A stretch of 32,000 nucleotides of DNA, from positions 1,200,001 through 1,232,000 of the forward strand of contig NC_000962.3 in assembly GCF_000195955.2 (NCBI RefSeq), written 5' to 3'. Numbering within the stretch: the first letter of the stretch is position 1; each line of letters starts with the position of its first letter. Both the position numbers and the translations under genes were made by a program. Below are positions 7,650-16,468 of the stretch, in pieces. This DNA is from Mycobacterium tuberculosis H37Rv (lineage in GTDB: Bacteria > Actinomycetota > Actinomycetes > Mycobacteriales > Mycobacteriaceae). The notes beneath the pieces are model-generated. The model was not told the origin of the DNA and did no database searches. It saw nothing but the letters and a program-made list of their open reading frames with translations.

Positions 7650-9657
7650 TCCGTCCGGGACGAATACCCTCGCGCTGGCCACCAGCCCGTACCTGCGCCA
7701 GCACGCTGATAACCCGGTGCACTGGCAGCAGTGGACGCCGCAGGCACTGGCGGAGGCGGCCGCGCGCGCGGTGCCGATCCTGCTGTCCGTCGGCTACGCC
7801 GCCTGCCACTGGTGTCACGTCATGGCCCACGAGTCATTCGACGACGACGAGGTGGCCGCGGCCATGAACGCGGGCTTCGTCTGTATCAAGGTCGACCGGG
7901 AGGAGCGGCCCGACATCGACGCGGTCTACATGAACGCCACCGTCGCGCTCACCGGGCAGGGCGGCTGGCCGATGACATGCTTTCTCACCCCCAACGGCCG
8001 GCCGTTCTTCTGCGGCACCTACTACCCGAAAGCGGCTTTCCTGCAACTTCTTTCGGCCATATCCGAAACCTGGCGGGAACGCCGCGCTGAGGTGGAGCAG
8101 GCATCTGACCATATCGCTGCCGAGTTGCGCTCGATGGCTTCGGGGCTGCCCGGGGGTGGCCCGGAGGTGGCGCCGGAGCTGTGTGACGACGCGGTGGCAG
8201 GAGTGCTGCGTGAGCAGGACACGGCGCACGGCGGATTTGGCGGTGCGCCGAAATTCCCGCCGTCGGCACTGCTGGAAGCGCTAATGCGGCACTACGAGCG
8301 CACCCGATCACCGGCGGCGCTGGAGGCGGTCGCACGCACTGGAAACGCCATGGCCCGTGGCGGCATCTATGACCAACTCGGCGGCGGTTTCGCCCGATAC
8401 AGCGTCGACGGTGCCTGGGTGGTACCGCATTTCGAGAAGATGCTGTACGACAACGCGCTGCTGCTGCGCGCCTACGCGCACTGGGCCCGCCGTACCGGGG
8501 ATCCGTTGGCCCGCCGGGTCGCCGCCCAGACCGCGCGATTTCTGCTCGACGAGTTGGGCAGCAAAGCACCGGCCGACATGTTCACCTCGTCGCTGGATGC
8601 CGACGCCGACGGCCGCGAGGGTTCGACCTACGTTTGGACGCCGGTGCAACTGACCGAGGTGCTCGGCGGCGACGACGGCCGTTGGGCGGCAGAGGTTTTC
8701 GGGGTGACCGAGGCCGGCACCTTCGAGCACGGGACGTCTGTGCTGCAGTTGCCCGCCGACCCCGACGACGCGGCGCGTCTGGACCGGGTCCGCGCCGCGT
8801 TGCTGGTGGCCCGCCTGGCCCGGGCCCAGCCCGCCCGCGACGACAAGGTCGTCACGTCCTGGAACGGGTTGGCGATCACCGCGCTGGCCGAAGCCAGCGT
8901 GGCCCTGGACGACCCCGCGTTGGCGCACGCCGCGCGGCGCTGCGCGACCAGGCTGCTGGACCTGCACGTCGTCGACGGCCGCCTGCGCCGGGCCAGCCTG
9001 GGCGGGGTGGTCGGCGACAGCGCCGCCATCCTGGAGGACCACGCGATGCTGGCCACCGGGCTGCTGGCGCTCTACCAGCTGACCTCCGAGGGCGCGTGGC
9101 TGACGGCGGCTACCGGATTGCTGGACACCGCGGTGGCGCATTTCGGCGACCCGCAGCGCCCCGGTCGCTGGTTCGACACCGCCGACGACGCCGAGCGGCT
9201 GATGCTGCGGCCCTCCGATCCGCTGGACGGGGCGACACCGTCGGGCGCTTCGTCGATCGCCGAGGCGCTGCTGACGGCGGGCCATGTGGTCGACGGTGCT
9301 CGCGCCGAGCGGTATTGGCAGCTGGCGGCCGACACGCTGCGGGCGCATGCGGTGCTGCTGGCTCGGGCGCCGCGGTCGGCCGGGCATTGGCTGGCGGTCG
9401 CCGAGGCGGTGGTGCGCGGACCGCTGCAGATCGCCGTCGCGTGCGACCTGCCGCGGTCGTCCCTGCTGGCCGACGCGCGCCGGCTGGCCCCGGGCGGGGC
9501 GATCGTCGTGGGCGGCGCGGCGGGTTCGTCGGCGCTGCTGGTCGGCCGGGATCGGGTGGCCGGCGCCGACGCCGCCTACGTATGCCGGGGCCGGGTCTGC
9601 GATCTGCCGGTGACCAGCGCGGCCGAACTCGCCACCGCTTTGGGCGTACCCGGCTAG
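7636..9657 (+). CDS. Thioredoxin-fold (DUF255/YyaL, SPATA20-like) protein with a large alpha/alpha-toroid C-terminal region
   Basis: 673-aa ORF. The N-terminal region HWQQW...ILLSVGYAACHWCHVM contains the CxxC-type motif of this family. Its start overlaps the preceding gene by 14 nt. Confidence 0.88.
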   Translation: MSPANPSGTNTLALATSPYLRQHADNPVHWQQWTPQALAEAAARAVPILLSVGYAACHWCHVMAHESFDDDEVAAAMNAGFVCIKVDREERPDIDAVYMNATVALTGQGGWPMTCFLTPNGRPFFCGTYYPKAAFLQLLSAISETWRERRAEVEQASDHIAAELRSMASGLPGGGPEVAPELCDDAVAGVLREQDTAHGGFGGAPKFPPSALLEALMRHYERTRSPAALEAVARTGNAMARGGIYDQLGGGFARYSVDGAWVVPHFEKMLYDNALLLRAYAHWARRTGDPLARRVAAQTARFLLDELGSKAPADMFTSSLDADADGREGSTYVWTPVQLTEVLGGDDGRWAAEVFGVTEAGTFEHGTSVLQLPADPDDAARLDRVRAALLVARLARAQPARDDKVVTSWNGLAITALAEASVALDDPALAHAARRCATRLLDLHVVDGRLRRASLGGVVGDSAAILEDHAMLATGLLALYQLTSEGAWLTAATGLLDTAVAHFGDPQRPGRWFDTADDAERLMLRPSDPLDGATPSGASSIAEALLTAGHVVDGARAERYWQLAADTLRAHAVLLARAPRSAGHWLAVAEAVVRGPLQIAVACDLPRSSLLADARRLAPGGAIVVGGAAGSSALLVGRDRVAGADAAYVCRGRVCDLPVTSAAELATALGVPG

Positions 9658-9682
9658 CGGACTCGGGTGGCACCCGTCCACC

Positions 9683-9728
9683 GTGAAATCCGCGACGCGG
9701 TGTCGGCGTGTCGCGTCGCAATTTTCAC
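9683..9728. terminator. Candidate bidirectional hairpin between convergent genes
   Basis: GCGACGCG (9692-9699) pairs with CGCGTCGC (9712-9719). An outer pairing joins GTGAAA (9683-9688) to TTTCAC (9723-9728). A T-run follows the inner stem on the plus strand. Confidence 0.4.
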
Positions 9729-9755
9729 GCTCGCGACCGCCCTGGGCGTGCCGGG

Positions 9756-10574
<819 letters not shown>

Positions 10575-10594
10575 TCACAGTAGTCTGGGTATCT

Positions 10595-11383
10595 GTGGAG
10601 ATCATCCCGCCGCGGCTCAAAGAGCCGTTGTACCGGCTCTACGAGCTGCGCCTGCGGCAGGGCTTGGCCGCCTCGAAATCCGACCTGCCCCGGCACATAG
10701 CCGTGCTGTGCGACGGCAACCGGCGATGGGCGCGCAGCGCGGGCTACGACGACGTCAGCTACGGCTACCGGATGGGTGCGGCCAAGATCGCCGAAATGCT
10801 GCGGTGGTGCCACGAAGCCGGCATCGAACTGGCCACCGTCTATCTGCTGTCCACCGAAAACCTGCAGCGCGATCCCGACGAGCTTGCAGCACTCATCGAG
10901 ATCATCACCGATGTCGTGGAAGAGATCTGCGCACCGGCCAACCACTGGAGTGTGCGGACGGTCGGGGATCTGGGGTTGATCGGCGAGGAACCGGCCCGGC
11001 GGCTGCGCGGTGCGGTGGAATCCACCCCGGAGGTGGCCTCGTTTCATGTCAACGTTGCTGTTGGCTACGGCGGGCGCCGCGAGATCGTCGACGCTGTGCG
11101 CGCGTTGTTGAGCAAGGAACTCGCCAACGGGGCCACCGCGGAGGAACTCGTCGACGCGGTGACCGTCGAGGGTATCTCGGAAAACCTGTACACCTCAGGC
11201 CAACCCGACCCCGATTTGGTGATACGCACCTCCGGCGAGCAACGCTTGTCCGGGTTCTTGCTGTGGCAAAGCGCCTACTCGGAGATGTGGTTCACCGAGG
11301 CGCACTGGCCGGCGTTTCGCCACGTCGATTTTCTACGCGCGCTGCGTGACTACAGTGCGAGGCATCGCAGCTACGGCAGGTGA
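10595..11383 (+). CDS. cis-Prenyltransferase (UPP-synthase family; short-chain Z-isoprenyl/Z-farnesyl diphosphate synthase)
   Basis: 262-aa ORF with the motifs HIAVLCDGNRRWA and IRTSGEQRLSGFLLWQSAYSE, which define the UppS family. From memory this is Rv1086. Confidence 0.92.
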   Translation: MEIIPPRLKEPLYRLYELRLRQGLAASKSDLPRHIAVLCDGNRRWARSAGYDDVSYGYRMGAAKIAEMLRWCHEAGIELATVYLLSTENLQRDPDELAALIEIITDVVEEICAPANHWSVRTVGDLGLIGEEPARRLRGAVESTPEVASFHVNVAVGYGGRREIVDAVRALLSKELANGATAEELVDAVTVEGISENLYTSGQPDPDLVIRTSGEQRLSGFLLWQSAYSEMWFTEAHWPAFRHVDFLRALRDYSARHRSYGR

Positions 11384-11559
11384 ATCCGGCGCAGGACGCC
11401 TATGTTGCGCTGTTCGGCTGCCTGCGCAGAGTGCACATTAGCCGGCTCGTCATGCTGTGCAATCTGCCCAGGTGAAACCCGGTGTTTGGGATCCTGGATA
11501 GCGATACCATCGACTGATCCATGCGGGACATCCGATGCTGGACTGATCGGAGTAAGGCG

Positions 11560-13863
11560 ATGTCGTTTGTAGTCGTGGCGCCGGAGGTGTTGGCGGCGGC
11601 CGCTTCGGATCTAGCGGGCATCGGGTCGACACTGGCGCAGGCCAACGCCGCGGCGTTGGCGCCGACCACCGCGGTGTTGGCCGCGGGTGCTGATGAGGTT
11701 TCCGCGGCAATCGCGTCGCTGTTTGGGGCGCATGGTCAGGCGTATCAGGCGGTGAGCGCCCAAATGTCGGCGTTTCACGCCCAGTTCATGCAGGCGTTGA
11801 CGGGTGCCGGCGGGGCTTATGCGGCTGCGGAGGCGGTCAACGTCTCGGCGGCGCAGAGCGTGGAACAAGACCTGTTGGCCGCGATCAACGCTCGCTTCGA
11901 GCGGATTTTTGGGCGCCCGCTGATCGGTGATGGCGCCAACGGCGGGCCGGGACAAGACGGCGGGCCCGGCGGGTTGCTGTACGGCAACGGTGGCAACGGC
12001 GGCACCAGCACGACCGTGGGGATGGCCGGCGGCAACGGTGGTGCCGCCGGGCTGATCGGCAACGGTGGGTTCGGGGGCGGCGGCGGGCCCGGCGCGGCCG
12101 GCGGCAACGGCGGCGCCGGCGGGTGGCTATTCGGCAACGGCGGCGCCGGCGGTGCCGGCGGCCTCGGCGTAGCGCCCGGCGTGCCCGGCGGCGCCGGCGG
12201 TGCCGGCGGCGCCGGCGGTGTCGGCGGACCCGCCGGGTTGTGGGGCCACGGGGGTGCCGGCGGGGCGGGTGGTGCCGGCGTGGCTGGCGCCGGCGGCTTC
12301 GAGGGGACGATCGGTGCCGGCGGTGCCGGCGGTGTCGGCGGTGCCGGCGGTGTCGGCGGTGCCGGCGGTGCCGGCGGGTGGCTGTACGGCGACGCCGGTG
12401 CCGGTGGGGATGGTGGTGTCGGCGGTGCCGGCGGCACCGGCGGGTTAGGCAACCGTGGCGGCGCCGGTGGCGCCGGGGGCGCCGGTGGTGTCGGCGGCGC
12501 CGGGGGTGCCGCCGGGCTGTGGGGCGGCGGTGGTGCCGGCGGGGTGGGTGGGACCGGCGGCGGCGCCGGCCTCGGTGCTCAGAGCGTCACCTTCAGTAGT
12601 AGCTTAAGTGGCCTTTCCGGTGGCGACGGCGGCGCCGGCGGGGCCGGTGGCGCCGGTGGCGCCGGTGGCACCGGTGGGTGGCTGTATGGCGGCGGTGGTG
12701 CCGCCGGATCCGGCGGGGACGGTGGTACCGGCGGTCAGGGCGGCGCCGGCGGCGCCGGTGTATTTAGCCTATTCGGATCCGGTGGCGGCCCCGGCGGCAA
12801 CGGCGGCGTCGGCGGCGTCGGCGGTGTCGGCGGTGCTGGCGGGCGTGCCGGCTTGTTCGGCGTCGGGGGCCTCGGCGGCGCGGGTGGCGACGCCGGTGAC
12901 TCCGGCGAAGGCGGCTTCGGCGGGCCGGGGCTCGCCGGCGGGCTGTTCGGCAACCCCGGCAACGGCGGCGTCGGCGGGATCGGCGGCGACGCCGCAGCCG
13001 GCGGCGCCGGTGGGGCCGGAGGCAACGGTGGGGCCGGAGGCAACGGTGGGTGGTTGTTCGGCAATGGTGGTGCCGGCGGCTCCGGTGGCGACGGCGGCGC
13101 CGCCGGCCGTGGCGGTGCCGGCAACTTGGGCTCGGCCGGGGGTATCAACGCCCCCGCCGGTAACCCCGGCAGCGGCTCGGTCGGCATCGGCGGTGCCGGT
13201 GGTGCCGGCGGCACCGCCGGGCTGTTCGGCGACGGTGGGGCTGGTGGGGCCGGTGGTGCCGGCGCCGCCGGCGGCTTCGGCGGCATCAGCGCCGCCACCC
13301 CCTCGGCGGGCAGTGAGGGCGCCATGGGTGGGGCCGGTGGTGTTGGCGGCAACGCCAGGCTGTTGGGCACTGGTGGCGCCGGTGGAGTCGGCGGCGGCGG
13401 CGGGGCCGGCGGCGACGGAGGCCGCGGCGGAGTCGCAACCCCCGGCGGTCAGGGCGGTGACGCTGGGGACGGTGGCGCCGGCGGGGCCGGCGGCAATGGC
13501 GGCGGCGCCAGCGGCGCCGGCGGGTGGCTGTTGGGGACCGGTGGTGCCGGTGGTGCCGGTGGTAACGGCGGCAATGGCGGAAAAGCCGGTTTTAGCCCTG
13601 GGCCGACCAACTTCGGTCTCAACGGCGCCGGTGGTGGTGGTGGTGTCGGCGGCAACGGCGCCACCGGACCCTGGCTGTTCGGCGACGGCGGCCCCACCCC
13701 AGGCAGCACCGGTGCCGGTGCGGCCGGTGGTCACGGCGGCGACGCCCAGCTGATCGGCAACGGCGGCCACGGCGGGGCCGGCGGCACCGGGGTGCCGAAC
13801 GGGTCAGGTGGTGCCGGCGGCCTCAGCGGGCTGCTGTTCGGCGAGCCGGGGGCGAACGGGTAG
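11560..13863 (+). CDS. PE_PGRS21: PE_PGRS family protein (PE domain plus polymorphic GC-rich Gly-Ala repeats)
   Basis: ATG 11560 is preceded by GGAGTAAGG. The PE domain reads [23 protein letters not shown]...[12 protein letters not shown]. Next comes [11 protein letters not shown], then ~650 aa of GGAGG/GGNGG repeats. Confidence 0.93.
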   Translation: MSFVVVAPEVLAAAASDLAGIGSTLAQANAAALAPTTAVLAAGADEVSAAIASLFGAHGQAYQAVSAQMSAFHAQFMQALTGAGGAYAAAEAVNVSAAQSVEQDLLAAINARFERIFGRPLIGDGANGGPGQDGGPGGLLYGNGGNGGTSTTVGMAGGNGGAAGLIGNGGFGGGGGPGAAGGNGGAGGWLFGNGGAGGAGGLGVAPGVPGGAGGAGGAGGVGGPAGLWGHGGAGGAGGAGVAGAGGFEGTIGAGGAGGVGGAGGVGGAGGAGGWLYGDAGAGGDGGVGGAGGTGGLGNRGGAGGAGGAGGVGGAGGAAGLWGGGGAGGVGGTGGGAGLGAQSVTFSSSLSGLSGGDGGAGGAGGAGGAGGTGGWLYGGGGAAGSGGDGGTGGQGGAGGAGVFSLFGSGGGPGGNGGVGGVGGVGGAGGRAGLFGVGGLGGAGGDAGDSGEGGFGGPGLAGGLFGNPGNGGVGGIGGDAAAGGAGGAGGNGGAGGNGGWLFGNGGAGGSGGDGGAAGRGGAGNLGSAGGINAPAGNPGSGSVGIGGAGGAGGTAGLFGDGGAGGAGGAGAAGGFGGISAATPSAGSEGAMGGAGGVGGNARLLGTGGAGGVGGGGGAGGDGGRGGVATPGGQGGDAGDGGAGGAGGNGGGASGAGGWLLGTGGAGGAGGNGGNGGKAGFSPGPTNFGLNGAGGGGGVGGNGATGPWLFGDGGPTPGSTGAGAAGGHGGDAQLIGNGGHGGAGGTGVPNGSGGAGGLSGLLFGEPGANG
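11950..13860 (+). repeat. PGRS codon-phase GGN-GGC repeat array inside PE_PGRS21
   Basis: Near-continuous GGCGGNGCC-type triplet repeats generate long spurious ORFs in all other frames. Confidence 0.9.
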
Positions 13864-13945
13864 GTTCGGCGCCGCTGCCGTGATCGCGGCGAGGCGTCGG
13901 TGTCCGCGTCCGTGCGGGCGAATCCAGTCCGGTCTGAGTGCGTCT

Positions 13946-13986
13946 ACTACAGCTTGCGCAGCCGTAGCCGCTTGATGGCATCGGAC
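13946..13986 (-). pseudogene. Orphan fragment of the 3' end of coaA (last ~13 codons plus stop)
   Basis: CTACAGCTTGCGCAGCCGTAGCCGCTTGATGGCATCGGAC at 13946 aligns to TTACAGCTTGCGCAGCCGCAGCCGGTTAATGGAATGATCGG at the real coaA end (19248-). Track ORF 13947..14420 ends ...IKRLRLRKL; CoaA ends ...INRLRLRKL. Confidence 0.7.
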
Positions 13987-13991
13987 TGGTT

Positions 13992-14255
13992 ACCGTCTGC
14001 CTGCTGTCCACAGAAAACCTGTGTGCGATCCCGACGAGCTTGCCGTGCGTGGGCTACGGCGACCGTCGCGAATTCGTCGACGCGGTGGCCGTAGAAGCCA
14101 TCTGCGAAAACCTGAATACCTCGGGGCAACCCGATCCCGACCTGGTGATCCGCACCTCGGGGGAACAACGCTTGTCCGGCCACCGAGGGCCCACTGGCGG
14201 AGTTTCGCGACGTCGACTTCTGCGCGCGCTGCGTGACTACAGTACGCCACACGCG
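13992..14255 (+). pseudogene. Decayed partial copy of the 3' half of the cis-prenyltransferase gene (overlaps track ORF 14040..14360)
   Basis: By eye, 13992-14043 aligns to 10835-10890. GGCTACGGCG..CGCGA.TTCGTCGACGC aligns to 11063-11095. 14086-14180 aligns to 11158-11255 (..QPDPDLVIRTSGEQRLSG..). 14185-14255 aligns to 11293-11365 (..LRALRDYS..). Three internal deletions separate these blocks. Confidence 0.75.
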
Positions 14256-14339
14256 TCGATCCCCTACGTTCCGCCGCCCTATCGAAGCGACGGGATCCAC
14301 GCTTCCCGGCTGGCGGTTGAATCGGTTTTCGATGCATTG

Positions 14340-14512
14340 GCTGGGCGCGTCGAACTCTAAAGACTTTATGGAAATTAGTTGTACAGTGATAAAACCGTTA
14401 TAGGGTCCGTTGTCAAACAATGATAATCACGTGATAGGAACGTGATTCATCGGTCTGAAGTGCTTATGATGATTTATATATAAAACCGTTATATGTGGGT
14501 AAAGGATTGCGG
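14340..14512. promoter_or_regulatory. AT-rich island with direct repeats immediately upstream of the PE9 start
   Basis: The local composition is far below the window's ~65% GC. A perfect 14-bp direct repeat ATAAAACCGTTATA sits at 14389-14402 and 14480-14493. ACGTGAT occurs twice, 11 bp apart (14429-14435 and 14440-14446), and the first copy overlaps the palindrome CACGTG (14428-14433). Confidence 0.5.
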
Positions 14513-14947
14513 ATGTCATACATGATTGCCACACCAGCGGCGTTGACGGCGGCGGCAACGGATATCGACGGGATTGGCTCGGCGGTTAGCGTTGCGAACG
14601 CCGCGGCGGTCGCCGCGACAACCGGAGTGCTGGCCGCCGGTGGCGATGAAGTGTTGGCGGCCATCGCTAGGCTGTTCAACGCAAACGCCGAGGAATATCA
14701 CGCCCTCAGCGCGCAGGTGGCGGCGTTTCAAACCCTGTTTGTGCGCACCTTGACTGGGGGGTGCGGAGTCTTTCGCCGGCGCCGAGGCCGCCAATGCGTC
14801 ACAGCTGCAGAGCATCGCGCGGCAGGTGCGGGGCGCCGTCAACGCCGTCGCCGGTCAGGTGACGGGCAATGGCGGCTCCGGCAACAGCGGCACTTCGGCT
14901 GCGGCGGCCAACCCGAATTCCGACAACACAGCGAGCATCGCCGATAG
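14513..14947 (+). CDS. PE9: PE family protein fragment (N-terminal half of a PE domain, then out-of-frame Arg-rich tail)
   Basis: MSYMIATPAALTAAATDIDGIGSAV...DEVLAAIARLFNANAEEYHALSAQVAAFQTLFVRTLTGG is a canonical PE N-terminus. After the G6 tract at 14756-14761 the translation becomes CGVFRRRRGRQ..., which is frameshift-like. Confidence 0.75.
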   Translation: MSYMIATPAALTAAATDIDGIGSAVSVANAAAVAATTGVLAAGGDEVLAAIARLFNANAEEYHALSAQVAAFQTLFVRTLTGGCGVFRRRRGRQCVTAAEHRAAGAGRRQRRRRSGDGQWRLRQQRHFGCGGQPEFRQHSEHRR

Positions 14948-15131
14948 GGGCACAAGCGCCATCATGACCACGGCAAGCGCGACCGCGTCTTCCACGGGCG
15001 TCGATGGCGGAATAGCGGCGACGTATGCGGTCGCCTCGCAATGGGATGGTGGCTACGTGGCCAATTACACGATCACCCAATTCGGGCGCGACTTCGATGA
15101 CCGATTGGCGGTTGCAATTCACTTTGCCTGA
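14826..15131 (+). CDS. PE10: PE-domain C-terminal segment plus linker plus start of a CBM2-like module (annotated ORF; homology actually begins ~14762 in this frame)
   Basis: From ~14762 this frame reads AESFAGAEAANASQLQSIARQVRGAVNAVAGQ, which is PE helix 2. A G/S/A/T linker follows, then ATYAVASQWDGGYVANYTIT. No canonical start lies between 14754 and GTG 14826. Confidence 0.55.
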   Translation: MRGAVNAVAGQVTGNGGSGNSGTSAAAANPNSDNTASIADRGTSAIMTTASATASSTGVDGGIAATYAVASQWDGGYVANYTITQFGRDFDDRLAVAIHFA

Positions 15132-15407
15132 AAATGCCTCTATTTCGAACGCGTGCTGCGCTCAACTTGCCCAGTCGGGCACGCAGTACACTCTTGACGC
15201 CCGAGAGCTATAACGGCACCCCCCGTGGACTCGATCACCGTCGGCTACCAAGCAGCGCAAACCGGCGGCTACTCGCCACCGACAAATCTGCTGATCAACG
15301 GTCAAGCCGTCACCATCGACCAGACCCCCATCACCTCGTCGCCAACGACTCCGCCACCCACCACACCACCCGAGATCCCGACCGGTGGAACGGTGATCTC
15401 CACCTAG
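15079..15407 (+). pseudogene. Remainder of a CBM2-type carbohydrate-binding module plus Pro/Thr linker, spread over three frames and ended by TAG
   Basis: Frame 1 reads NSGATSMTDWRLQFTLPENASISNA..AQLAQSGTQYTL. Frame 2 reads TPESYNGT. Frame 0 reads DSITVGYQAAQTGGYSPPTNLLINGQAVTIDQTPITSSPTTPPPTTPPEIPTGG. The stop TAG is at 15405-15407. Confidence 0.6.
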
Positions 15408-15621
15408 TTCGGGACGACTACGGTCACCGGAGGCTACGTGGTGCAGAACAACGCGTGGAACAACCCCCGCCGGGCAGACCGTCAACGTCAGCCAAACCGG
15501 GTTCACCATCACCGAGATGAACGGTGCTGCCCCAACCAACGGCGCCCCGCTGAGTTACCCCTCGATCTGCGAGGGCGTGCACTGGGGCCACCTCGTCGGT
15601 GGGCACCAACCTGCCTACTGA
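15408..15621 (+). pseudogene. celA2a: N-terminal part of a GH12 endoglucanase catalytic domain (two frames)
   Basis: Frame 0 reads FGTTTVTGGYVVQNNAWNNP. After the C5 tract at 15464-15468, frame 1 reads AGQTVNVSQTGFTITEMNGAAPTNGAPLSYPSI..HWG. The frame-1 stop is at 15619-15621. Confidence 0.6.
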
Positions 15622-16054
15622 GGTGGGCCAGATTTTGTCGGCGCCGACCAGCATCGACTACAACTACCCGACGACCGGGGTATGGGACGCCTCCTACGAC
15701 ATCTGCCTGGATTCCACACCCAAGACGACCGGGGTCAACCAGCAGGAGATCATGATCTGGTTCAACCACCAGGGCTCCATTCAGCCGGTCGGCTCCCCGG
15801 TGGGCAACACCACCATCGAGGGCAAGAACTTCGTGGTGTGGGATGGCAGCAACGGCATGAACAACGCGATGGCCTATGTCGCGACCGAGCCGATCGAGGT
15901 CTGGAGCTTCGACGTGATGAGTTTCGTCGACCACACCGCCACCATGGAGCCGATCACCGACTCGTGGTACCTCACGAGCATCCGGGCCGGCTTGGAGCCC
16001 TGGAGCGACGGTGTGGGTCTGGGGGTCGATTCGTTCTCGGCGAAAGTCAACTAA
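15599..16054 (+). CDS. celA2b: C-terminal two-thirds of a GH12 endoglucanase (intact ORF fragment)
   Basis: 151-aa ORF containing [13 protein letters not shown] (GH12 nucleophile motif E-[IL]-M-I-W) and [11 protein letters not shown] (acid/base Glu region). It lacks its own N-terminal strands and any signal sequence. Confidence 0.75.
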
Positions 16055-16468
16055 AGACCACGTTGACACCCAACCGGCGGCCCGGCATGGGCCGTCGCGG
16101 CGTAGAAGCTTTGACCGCGGCGCGAAACGTTCGCTGCTGCGGCCCATGCAGATCGCACACGCTTGCTTGAACATCGGGTGGAGCCGGTGGTAACGCCAGG
16201 CTTTGGGTGTCGGCGCGGCTCGGCGGTCAGCTGCGCGGACGCGGTCGGCCATCGTGACGACGAGATGCTGGCGGCATGTACGGCAACCGCTGGCTCGTCT
16301 TAGAGCCATTTGCTGAGGCGCATGCTTTGCGTCATGCAAAGTGCATATGCCGCCAGCGGGATGGTGTGCATTCTGTCCATGGGAAACCGGGTTGATGGTG
16401 GGCGCGTCAGCGATACGATCTGTGCACCCTGACGACATGGCCGATGCATGATTGATCGGAGGTAAACG

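Noticed and set aside
14040-14360. A 106-aa ORF as a genuine protein-coding gene
   Set aside because: Its recognisable segments are all fragments of the cis-prenyltransferase paralog, with three internal deletions and loss of the catalytic N-terminal half. It is better described as a remnant, although the open frame could still be expressed.
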